From Deltaproteobacteria bacterium (lineage in GTDB: Bacteria; Myxococcota; UBA727; JABDBI01): 34,109 bases of DNA. The stretch spans positions 1-34,109 of the forward strand of contig CP066680.1 of NCBI GenBank assembly GCA_016432245.1. The letters run 5' to 3'. Shown here one piece after another: positions 9,373-17,451 of this stretch. Below the pieces are notes generated by a model. The model did not search any database. It saw only the letters and a program-made list of their open reading frames with translations, and had not been told where the DNA came from. The translations under genes were made by a program, and so were the position numbers. The first letter of the stretch is position 1, and each line of letters starts with the position of its first letter.

Positions 9373-10779
9373 TTAATTTATATACCATTGTGTACCTTGA
9401 ACCGTATCTCTTAAAAAAACTCTTTCTTTTTGAAGCTCTTTTCTTAATTCATCTGCTAATTCCCATTTCTTTTCTATTCTTGCATTTTGACGCTTTTCTA
9501 TTTTTTCTTTCTGACTTAATGTTAGAAATTGTTCATTAAAAAGATTTAATCCTAATATTTTATCACAAAGCTTCAAAATTCTTTTTTTTTCATAACGACA
9601 TAACGAACTCTTCAAAACCTCCCATAAAACATTAATCATTTTAGGAGTATCTAAATCAAATAAAATTGCATTTTGTAATTGCTTTAAATACATTTTAATC
9701 ATATTACTTGAAAAAGAATTTTTAACCAAATCTATTTTTTTATCATTATTAGAGTTCAAACTCTTTGCAATAGAAAGCAACTTTTCATATGAGCTTTTGG
9801 CTCCCAATAGCGCCTGAAAAGAAAAATTTAAACGATGCCTATAATGAACACTGATACACAAAAATCGAAAATGTTCTGATTTAAATCCTTCTTTTTCTAA
9901 ATCCTTTAATGTAAAAAAGTTATTCATAGATTTGGCCATTTTATTATTTTCATGAGTTAAAAAGTCTCCATGCATCCAAATATTTGCCCATTGGTGTTGC
10001 AAAATACTTTCTGATTGAGCGATTTCATTCGTATGATGTACCATAATATGATCAATTCCTCCACAATGAATATCTAATTTTCGCCCTAAGTAGAATAAAG
10101 CCATTGCCGAACATTCAATATGCCACCCTGGAAATCCTATTCCCCATGGAGATTTCCACTTCATTAATTGATTTGGATACTTGCTATTAGAAAACCATAA
10201 TACAAAATCTCTATTATCTTTTTTCAAAGTATCAATATCTATTCGGTTAAATGCTTTATCAATATCAAATTGATTACCTATTAAATCAAAATATCTTTTA
10301 AAAGTTGATACTCTAAAATATACATTTCCACTATTTTCATAAGCATATCCTGCTCGTATCAATGCTGAAATAAGCTCTATCATCAAATTTATATGATCTG
10401 TTGCCTTACTTTTAATATTCGGCAATAATATATTTAAAGACCTTAAATCTTCGAAAAATTTATTTTCATAATATGTAGCTACCTCAAAAACTTTACGCTT
10501 TTCTTTTTTTGCAGCTAATACCAATTTATCATCTCCAAAATCATGATTTGACTCCAAATGTCCTACATCTGTAATATTTAAAACGTGGCACACCTGATAT
10601 CCAAAAAACTCCAATCCTCTTTTTAGTACATCTTCAAACATATATGTTCTTAAATTTCCAATATGTGCATAATTATACACTGTGGGTCCACATGTATATA
10701 ACGAAACCTTTCCCAATCGAATAGGATTAAACCAATTATATTCTTTCTTTAATGTATTATAAAATAGAAATTGAAACAT
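9373..10779 (-). CDS. cysS: Cysteinyl-tRNA synthetase
   Basis: It has the HIGH motif HIGNLRT and the KMSKS motif KMAKS. The N-terminus FYNTLKKEYNWFNP aligns with E. coli IFNTLTRQKEEFKP. Length is 468 aa. Confidence 0.93.
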   Translation of the reverse strand: MFQFLFYNTLKKEYNWFNPIRLGKVSLYTCGPTVYNYAHIGNLRTYMFEDVLKRGLEFFGYQVCHVLNITDVGHLESNHDFGDDKLVLAAKKEKRKVFEVATYYENKFFEDLRSLNILLPNIKSKATDHINLMIELISALIRAGYAYENSGNVYFRVSTFKRYFDLIGNQFDIDKAFNRIDIDTLKKDNRDFVLWFSNSKYPNQLMKWKSPWGIGFPGWHIECSAMALFYLGRKLDIHCGGIDHIMVHHTNEIAQSESILQHQWANIWMHGDFLTHENNKMAKSMNNFFTLKDLEKEGFKSEHFRFLCISVHYRHRLNFSFQALLGAKSSYEKLLSIAKSLNSNNDKKIDLVKNSFSSNMIKMYLKQLQNAILFDLDTPKMINVLWEVLKSSLCRYEKKRILKLCDKILGLNLFNEQFLTLSQKEKIEKRQNARIEKKWELADELRKELQKERVFLRDTVQGTQWYIN

Positions 10780-10795
10780 AAACTAATAAATAAAA

Positions 10796-10869
10796 TGAGT
10801 CGTCAGAGATTTGAACTCTGGACCAACGGATTAAAAGTCCGATGCTCTACCGGGCTGAGCTAACGACCC
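10796..10869 (-). tRNA. tRNA-Lys (anticodon UUU)
   Basis: The reverse complement folds as GGGTCGT-TA-GCTC-AGCCCGGTA-GAGC-A-TCGGA-CTTTTAA-TCCGT-TGGTC-CAGAG-TTCAAAT-CTCTG-ACGACTC-A. Confidence 0.9.
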
Positions 10870-10879
10870 CATCTAATAT

Positions 10880-11140
10880 CATTATCCATATTTTTAGTAT
10901 ATTAAATGTGGATATTTAGAAAATACAACTTTTTCCACAAAATATCAACACTTATTTTTTTTCAATATTTATATTTAGTATTGATTTTTCCAATGATTTA
11001 TTTATTTTCCACAAATCCACATATTATTATTATTATTAATTAAATTCTTCATTATATAATATTACTTACTATATAACATACAACCATTAATTAATTACTA
11101 TCTACTAGCATCTTATAAAAAAATATATATAATAAATATT
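10880..11140. other. Putative chromosomal replication origin (oriC): DnaA-box cluster plus AT-rich unwinding region
   Basis: - Four 9-mers match the E. coli R-box TTATCCACA at 8 of 9 positions: TTATCCATA (10882-10890), TGTGGATAT (10907-10915, reverse orientation), and TTTTCCACA at 10931-10939 and 11005-11013.
- Two weaker boxes are TTTTCCAAT (10986-10994) and AAATCCACA (11013-11021).
- An (ATT)n microsatellite and a nearly pure A/T tract follow at 11021-11140.
- The region lies directly upstream of dnaN.
- In sampled lines the plus strand is C>G to the left (for example 12C:4G at 10441-10500) and G>C to the right (8G:2C at 12301-12360). Confidence 0.6.
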
Positions 11141-12253
11141 ATGCATATAATAATTTCAACTAATGAACTATTAAAAAGTGTACAAATTGTGCAAAGTATT
11201 GCACAAAAAAGAAATACAATACCTGTATTATCTAACATCCTCATAGAAGTACAGTCTAATTATCTAAGATTACAATCTTCAGATTTAGATATTGATCTTC
11301 AAATTTTAAAATCATGCGAGGTTTTTTCAACAGGTGTAATTACTGTAAACGCTAAAGCATTTTCAGATGTGGTAAAATTTTTGCCTGGTGAATTTGTAAC
11401 ATTACAACTTCTTGAAAATGGGTATTTACAAATAAAAAGTGGAAAAACGCTTGCCAATTTAATCACTCTTTATTCTGAGGATTATCCTTTGTTTCCAGAT
11501 ATAGATGAGACATTTTTTAAGAATGTTCGTATAAAGAAATTATTAGATGCAATGCAAAAAGCAGTGCATTTCACAAGTACAGAAGTAAGTCGATATAGCA
11601 TGACTGGTGTATATGTTGAGCCAGGAACTTTAAAGAATTCCTTAGTGTCAACAGATGGTCATAGGTTGAGCAAGTATGAAACTGAAATAAATGAAATTTT
11701 TCCTTTATTAAAAATGCCAATATTATTACCACGTAAAGGATTACAAGAATTATTAAAAATATTAGAGCAGTGCATAGATCATGAACGATTTTGTATGTTT
11801 GGCCTTACAGATACAATGGCAGTGCTAAAAATAGATGACACGACCTTATGTATGAAGTTGATGGAACTGGCTTTTCCAGAATATGAAAAAATTATTCCGG
11901 AAAAATCAAGAAACTTTTTTATTTCGTCTAGAGTTAATCTGATAAATAGTTTAAAAAGAGTTTCTGTTCTTGCAAGTGATAAAAATCAAGGAGTTAAATT
12001 CCGATTAAATTGTAATGGATTACAAGTATCTTGTTTTAATCCTAATTTAGGGGAAATATGCGATGATTTAGCTGTTATTTATTCAGGACCAGAAATTGAA
12101 AGTAGTTTTGTTGTTGCTTATGTAATAGATGCATTAAGCCTACTTTCAGATTTAAATGTTATGATTTCTTTTGAAGATGAAAAGTCACCTGTAGTATTAA
12201 CAGGAGAACTAGAGAAACATCATATTTGTGTAGTAATGCCTATCTATTATTAA
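11141..12253 (+). CDS. dnaN: DNA polymerase III beta sliding clamp
   Basis: It resembles E. coli DnaN along its full length. The N-terminus L.K.VQ.V......R.T.P.L.N.L..V......L...DL matches, and the C-terminus VVMPIYY compares with VVMPMRL. Length is 370 aa. Confidence 0.9.
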   Translation: MHIIISTNELLKSVQIVQSIAQKRNTIPVLSNILIEVQSNYLRLQSSDLDIDLQILKSCEVFSTGVITVNAKAFSDVVKFLPGEFVTLQLLENGYLQIKSGKTLANLITLYSEDYPLFPDIDETFFKNVRIKKLLDAMQKAVHFTSTEVSRYSMTGVYVEPGTLKNSLVSTDGHRLSKYETEINEIFPLLKMPILLPRKGLQELLKILEQCIDHERFCMFGLTDTMAVLKIDDTTLCMKLMELAFPEYEKIIPEKSRNFFISSRVNLINSLKRVSVLASDKNQGVKFRLNCNGLQVSCFNPNLGEICDDLAVIYSGPEIESSFVVAYVIDALSLLSDLNVMISFEDEKSPVVLTGELEKHHICVVMPIYY

Positions 12254-12834
12254 AATTTTGATTCAAATTTTAAAAGGTAAGAAACTATTTTTGGCTTTGG
12301 ATAAAAAACATTGTTATAAATTTTGGTCAGGATAGATATTTTATATTTTTGTTTTAATAGGTTATAAATATTGCATTGATTATTTTCGAGTAATTTTTTA
12401 GCAAGTTCTTCCGGGACTAAAAAAATGGAACCTGGAATAAACATTTGAAATTGTATGATTTTTTGTAAGATATCGTTTGCTAAATGATATGGAATGTTTC
12501 CACAAAGAATTGTTTTAAATTGATAACTTTCAAAATAATCTTTAAAAAAATGAATAATATCTGTTTCATAAACTTTTAAGAAATTTTTAAAAGATTTGGA
12601 TTTAAAAAGAAGTAGGATGTGAGGAATTAATTCCCTGTCTCTTTCTAGAGAGATTATTTCAACCTTAAATTCTAATAAAAATTTAGTTAAATTGCCAAAA
12701 CCTGTTCCGAATTCACAAATATTGCAATTGTTTTTTTTTGAAAGCTCTATTATTTCTTTGGAAATGAGATGTAATAAAGAGTTGTTTGTTAAAAAATTTT
12801 GACCAAATTTTTTTTTAGGGTACAAGTTTATCAT
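12250..12834 (-). CDS. rsmA: 16S rRNA dimethyladenosine transferase RsmA/KsgA, shortened (194 aa against about 273 aa)
   Basis: It has KKFGQNFL, the SAM motif EFGTGFGNLT and the catalytic NIPY motif. Most of the C-terminal domain is missing. Its stop codon overlaps the dnaN stop codon on the opposite strand within TTAA at 12250-12253. Confidence 0.8.
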   Translation of the reverse strand: MINLYPKKKFGQNFLTNNSLLHLISKEIIELSKKNNCNICEFGTGFGNLTKFLLEFKVEIISLERDRELIPHILLLFKSKSFKNFLKVYETDIIHFFKDYFESYQFKTILCGNIPYHLANDILQKIIQFQMFIPGSIFLVPEELAKKLLENNQCNIYNLLKQKYKISILTKIYNNVFYPKPKIVSYLLKFESKF

Positions 12835-15425
12835 ATGTTATTTCTTAAGTTTTTATTTGAGTCTGATACTTGTACTTTAAAAATAAATTCTAAGATAAAT
12901 GTGTAAAGGTAAAATTTGGTATTTCGGAATGCTTCATCACATTCTTGAAAATACTCTTGTAATGGATCTTTTTGGACATATCCGCTAAATTGGATTCCTT
13001 CTTTAAGGTTTTCTATTAATTGTAAGTGATCTTTCCATAATTGGTCTAAAAATTGAAGATACATAAATCTAATGATAGATTGAAACATATCAGGGTTTTG
13101 AAACTCATTTTCTTTTTCGCGATATAAAGCGACTAATTTTATATAGAAGAAATTCAATGCATCATCTATGTCTAAAGGAATTTCTGCTATATTTAAAGAA
13201 TCTTTAGTATATTTATGAATTTGATTACATAGAAAGCTAATATTGATTGAAGATAAACAAGAACCTTTTGGCTGCACTTTTATAAGTAAGGCTATTAGGA
13301 AAGATTCTAATATGTCATAAATTAATTCTCTAGGATTTTTTATGCTTAAAATTTCTTTTCTTAAATCATAGATTTCCTTACGTTGTAAATTTATGATATT
13401 GTCATAGTCGGTTAAATCTTTTCGAATATTGAAATGTATATTCTCAATTTTTTTTTGAGCTGATTCTATTGATTTGTTTACTAAAGAGTGTTCAATAGAC
13501 TCTCCATGTTTAATACCTATGGATTCAAGCGTGCCTATCATCTTTTCAGAGCCGAATAATCTCATCAAATGATCCTCTAAAGAAATATAAAAGCGAGTTG
13601 AACCAGGGTCTCCTTGTCGACCAGCTCTACCTCTTAATTGATTATCTATTCGTCTGGATTCATGACGTTCAGTTCCTATAATGCGAAGACCACCTGTTAA
13701 TATAACTTTTTGACGCTCTTCTGCGAAATTATTCATAAAATAGGGTAATATTTGTGCGTAATAAGAAATAGCTTTATTTTGAAATTCTTTATTCTCTTCA
13801 TTTGGAATAATGTTTTGGGGGTTTCCTGTTAAAAAGGCTAATTCTGCAATTTGGGAATTTGAGAGTGACATTTTTTTAGCAACTTCACATCTTGCTAAAA
13901 ATTCAGGGTCTCCTCCTAAAATTATATCAGTACCGCGGCCGGCCATATTTGTTGCAATTGTAACGGCATTTAGACGACCTGCTTGAGCTATAATTGCAGC
14001 TTCTTCTTTATGTTTTTTTGCGTTTAAAACATGATGTTTAATTTGTTTCTCTTTTAGTTTTTTTGATAATAATTCTGATTTTTCGACCGAGGTAGTTCCA
14101 ATAAGAATTGGTTGGTGATTTTTATGTGTAATTAAAATGTCATGTAAAATAGCATCTATCTTTTCATTTTCAGTTTTAAAAATTTTATCGAATTCATCAT
14201 ATCTAATACGTTTTGCATTTGTTGGAATCGTTAATACATCAAGATTATAAATTTTAAGAAATTCTTCTGATTCTGTTTTTGCAGTTCCCGTCATACCCGA
14301 AATTGTTTTATACAATTTAAAATAATTTTGAAAAGTTACTGAAGCTAATGTTTGATTTTCATATTGAATCTTTACATTTTCTTTAGCTTCGATAGCTTGA
14401 TGAAGACCGTCAGACCATTTTCTTCCAGGCATCAGTCTTCCAGTATGTTCATCTATGATTATGACTTCGTTATTTTCTACAATGTAGTCAATATCTCTTT
14501 TAAACAAAATATGAGCTCTTAAAGCTTGAGTTAAGTGATGTAATATTGAAGTATTAGAGGCTATGTATAAATTTTGGATTTTTAAAAGTTTTTCAGCATG
14601 TGCAATTCCATGTTCGGTTAAAGAAATTAGCTTGTTTTGTTCATCTATAATATAGTCTAGATTGTGTAAAAGTTTAGGTACTACTTTATTAGCTTTGAGA
14701 TATTGATCTATAGATTCATCTTTTTGGCCAGATATTATGAGCGGAGTTCTAGCTTCGTCAATTAAGACGGAATCAACTTCATCTATTATTGCAAAATTAT
14801 GAGATCGCTGTACGTACTGATCTAATTTTAATTGCATGTTATCTCTTAAATAATCAAACCCAAACTCATTATTTTGACCATGAGTGATATCAGCTAAATA
14901 TGCTCTTTTACGATGGAAGTCGCTTGAGGAAGATGCAATGACACCGACAGATAATCCCAAAAAACTATATAAACGTCCCATCCAGTCGGCGTCACGTGAG
15001 GCGAGATAGTCATTTACAGTTATTATATGAACGCCAAGTCCACAAAGTGAATTTAGAATTGCAGGAAGTGTAGCTGTTAAGGTTTTACCTTCACCGGTTC
15101 CCATTTCTATTATATTTCCACCATGCAAGGCAATTCCTCCAAGAATTTGCATATCAAAATGTCTTAAATTTAAAGCTCGTTTACTTGCTTCACGGACAAT
15201 AGCAAAAACTTCATGCAAGTTATCATTTAAAATGTTTTGATCTATTAGCAGATTCTTTTTGTATTCGGAGGTTATTATATTTTTAAGGGTTAAAATTCGT
15301 GATTTTAGTTCAGTATCATGCATTGATTGCATTCTTTTTTCTAGACTATTAATAGCCACTACGCTTGGAAGGAGAGATGCTAACTTTTTTTCAAGTTCTG
15401 ATTTACATAAAAAATTTAAATTCAT
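12831..15425 (-). CDS. secA: Preprotein translocase ATPase SecA
   Basis: It has the Walker A motif MGTGEGKT and the DEVD box IIDEVDSVLIDEARTPLIISG, and 864 aa of SecA-like sequence. There is no Cys-rich zinc-binding C-terminal tail. Its stop codon overlaps the rsmA start (ATGA on the minus strand, 12831-12834). Confidence 0.95.
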   Translation of the reverse strand: MNLNFLCKSELEKKLASLLPSVVAINSLEKRMQSMHDTELKSRILTLKNIITSEYKKNLLIDQNILNDNLHEVFAIVREASKRALNLRHFDMQILGGIALHGGNIIEMGTGEGKTLTATLPAILNSLCGLGVHIITVNDYLASRDADWMGRLYSFLGLSVGVIASSSSDFHRKRAYLADITHGQNNEFGFDYLRDNMQLKLDQYVQRSHNFAIIDEVDSVLIDEARTPLIISGQKDESIDQYLKANKVVPKLLHNLDYIIDEQNKLISLTEHGIAHAEKLLKIQNLYIASNTSILHHLTQALRAHILFKRDIDYIVENNEVIIIDEHTGRLMPGRKWSDGLHQAIEAKENVKIQYENQTLASVTFQNYFKLYKTISGMTGTAKTESEEFLKIYNLDVLTIPTNAKRIRYDEFDKIFKTENEKIDAILHDILITHKNHQPILIGTTSVEKSELLSKKLKEKQIKHHVLNAKKHKEEAAIIAQAGRLNAVTIATNMAGRGTDIILGGDPEFLARCEVAKKMSLSNSQIAELAFLTGNPQNIIPNEENKEFQNKAISYYAQILPYFMNNFAEERQKVILTGGLRIIGTERHESRRIDNQLRGRAGRQGDPGSTRFYISLEDHLMRLFGSEKMIGTLESIGIKHGESIEHSLVNKSIESAQKKIENIHFNIRKDLTDYDNIINLQRKEIYDLRKEILSIKNPRELIYDILESFLIALLIKVQPKGSCLSSINISFLCNQIHKYTKDSLNIAEIPLDIDDALNFFYIKLVALYREKENEFQNPDMFQSIIRFMYLQFLDQLWKDHLQLIENLKEGIQFSGYVQKDPLQEYFQECDEAFRNTKFYLYTFILEFIFKVQVSDSNKNLRNNI

Positions 15426-15468
15426 ATAAAACTTTTAAATAATATGTGATATATGGTCAAGTTAATAA

Positions 15469-17367
15469 TTACATTATCCTAATTGTTGTTTTATTTTTTT
15501 TATAGATTGATAAGATAAGTCTTATAAGTATTTTTTTTATTCTTTTATTTTGAAACTTTATACCCAATTGCCACTTATACGTTATTGATAGACTAGGACT
15601 AGAAACCATAGCAGGTCCAAGTAGAATTACTTGATTATAGAGATTTAGCTTTTTTAGGTATTGTTTTATTTTATTTGCTATAAAGAATGAGTATTTTTTA
15701 GAGTGTTTACTATTTAATATATATATTAGAATAAAAGAATAGAAAGGAGGAAGTTTTAATCGTTTTCGCTCATTGATACTCCACTTTAGAAATAGGTGCT
15801 TATTATTATTTTTTAAATACAAGAGAGATGGAGGTAGGTGCTTTGATGTATAAAAAATAAAATTTTTATGATTTGAACTTAATGAAAATAGATAAAAAAA
15901 AGATTGAAATAATTGTTCAATCAAAGAAAAATTTGATCGATAAGAAGTGTTAGAAAATATAAAAGTAGAAGATAATTTTGCAAAAACATATCCATCATAA
16001 ATGTGAGGTAGACTAACTAGAATATTAATGTTTTGGTTTTTAATTAATGTTAATGTTTTATTAATGCTCGATAAAGATGTTTTGTTGTTTGGGATAATAA
16101 TAGACTTTTGATATGGGAAATAAGATTGAAGTTCTTTTTGAATTTTTTTTAAGCTTTGTATTAGTAGGTTTTTAACTGTCTTGTTTTTAATTGTGAATGA
16201 GCAATTATATTGAATTAAAGGAAATGGATTTGAGGATTTTAATATGTTGACATTGGAGGTATTGTTAGAAATAGTTGAATAAGATAGTAAAAAGGTGTAA
16301 TCAAAGATAAGTAAGATTTGTTTATTTTGGTTTAATATTTTTTTTATATAAATTATAGAATTTTCATTAAATACAGACTTCTTAATGTTATGAATCTTAA
16401 GAAAGCAAACAGTATTTTTCTTTGAAAAATTAGGAAGTATTGATCTTAAGTAAATACAAAGATTAGATGATACATAAGTTAATGTTTCTACAGAGGGTGT
16501 AAGAGAACTCATAAATAAGTATATAGATTTTTTTTTTGCATACCAAGAGGCAAGAACTTTAGTATTGTAAAATGGAAATTCGCTTGATTTGAATATAGGA
16601 TGATGTTCGTTTTCGATAAGGATTAACCCCAAGTGGGGAAATGGAAAAAATATTGAGGAAGGATTGCCTATTAAAATAGTTTTTTGAAAAGATGGAGTAT
16701 TATATAGCGATTGCTTTTTACATATAAGTGTTTTTTTTTGTAATTTGCTAGATATTAATGTCTGAAAGTAGCTAGTTGAGTGAACATTTGGGGTTATAAT
16801 TAAAATATTTTGATTTTTGTCTAAGATTTGTTGAAAAATATATAAATATAATTCGTTTTTTTTTTGAATAATCTGCCATTCTAACAGTATGAGATTATTT
16901 AATTGGGATTTTGGAATAGTTAAAATCTTGGATAATTTAGAAATGGCTAATATTTGTGATAAGTTTAAGTTGCAATAAACTTTATGTAGTATTTTGACTT
17001 TATTGACTTTAAAAGAATTTAATATTGCTATTTTTGAAAAGTTGTAAAAAGAAAGAGATAATTTTATAAACGATTGAACAGGTGGTCCAAAATATTTTTG
17101 ACCAAATTTATGAAGACTAATTTGGTGTTGAGTTAAAAATATAAATGAAAGTATTTGAAACGTTATTGGTTTTATTGATTTTTTTTTTATGAATTTGTTT
17201 ATTTTTTTTGATATTTTAATAATAATTCCAACTTTTTCTTTATTAAAGAAAGTTAATTTTAGACATTTTCCATATAAAGAATGTGGAGTTTTTATACCAT
17301 AACAACCGTAGATTAAAGTTCTTTCAATTTCATAAATATATACGAAAACATATGCTTGAAAAATCAT
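15469..17367 (-). CDS. priA: PriA-like primosomal protein N' with degenerate helicase and zinc motifs
   Basis: It is colinear with E. coli PriA:
- GKCLKLTFFNKEKVGIIIKI aligns with [21 protein letters not shown].
- ILIGNPSSIFFPFPHLGLILIENEHHPIFKS aligns with [31 protein letters not shown].
- ERKRLKLPPFYSFILI aligns with ERRMMQLPPWTSHVIV.
- LGPAMVSSP...YKWQ aligns with LGPVPALAP...YRWQ.

However, the Walker A motif GVTGSGKT is replaced by WQIIQKKN. DEEH has become ENEH, the Cys4 zinc-finger cysteines are absent, and I found no GRAGR motif. Confidence 0.7.
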   Translation of the reverse strand: MIFQAYVFVYIYEIERTLIYGCYGIKTPHSLYGKCLKLTFFNKEKVGIIIKISKKINKFIKKKSIKPITFQILSFIFLTQHQISLHKFGQKYFGPPVQSFIKLSLSFYNFSKIAILNSFKVNKVKILHKVYCNLNLSQILAISKLSKILTIPKSQLNNLILLEWQIIQKKNELYLYIFQQILDKNQNILIITPNVHSTSYFQTLISSKLQKKTLICKKQSLYNTPSFQKTILIGNPSSIFFPFPHLGLILIENEHHPIFKSSEFPFYNTKVLASWYAKKKSIYLFMSSLTPSVETLTYVSSNLCIYLRSILPNFSKKNTVCFLKIHNIKKSVFNENSIIYIKKILNQNKQILLIFDYTFLLSYSTISNNTSNVNILKSSNPFPLIQYNCSFTIKNKTVKNLLIQSLKKIQKELQSYFPYQKSIIIPNNKTSLSSINKTLTLIKNQNINILVSLPHIYDGYVFAKLSSTFIFSNTSYRSNFSLIEQLFQSFFYLFSLSSNHKNFIFYTSKHLPPSLLYLKNNNKHLFLKWSINERKRLKLPPFYSFILIYILNSKHSKKYSFFIANKIKQYLKKLNLYNQVILLGPAMVSSPSLSITYKWQLGIKFQNKRIKKILIRLILSIYKKNKTTIRIM

Positions 17368-17376
17368 AAAAAAAAT

Positions 17377-17448
17377 AGCGAGAAACGGGATTTGAACCCG
17401 CGACCTTAAGCTTGGGAAGCTTTTGCTCTACCGCTGAGCTATTCTCGC
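17377..17448 (-). tRNA. tRNA-Gly (anticodon CCC)
   Basis: The reverse complement folds as GCGAGAA-TA-GCTC-AGCGGTA-GAGC-A-AAAGC-TTCCCAA-GCTTA-AGGTC-GCGGG-TTCAAAT-CCCGT-TTCTCGC-T. It lies 3 nt from the dnaB stop codon and 9 nt from the priA-like start. Confidence 0.88.
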
Positions 17449-17451
17449 CAA

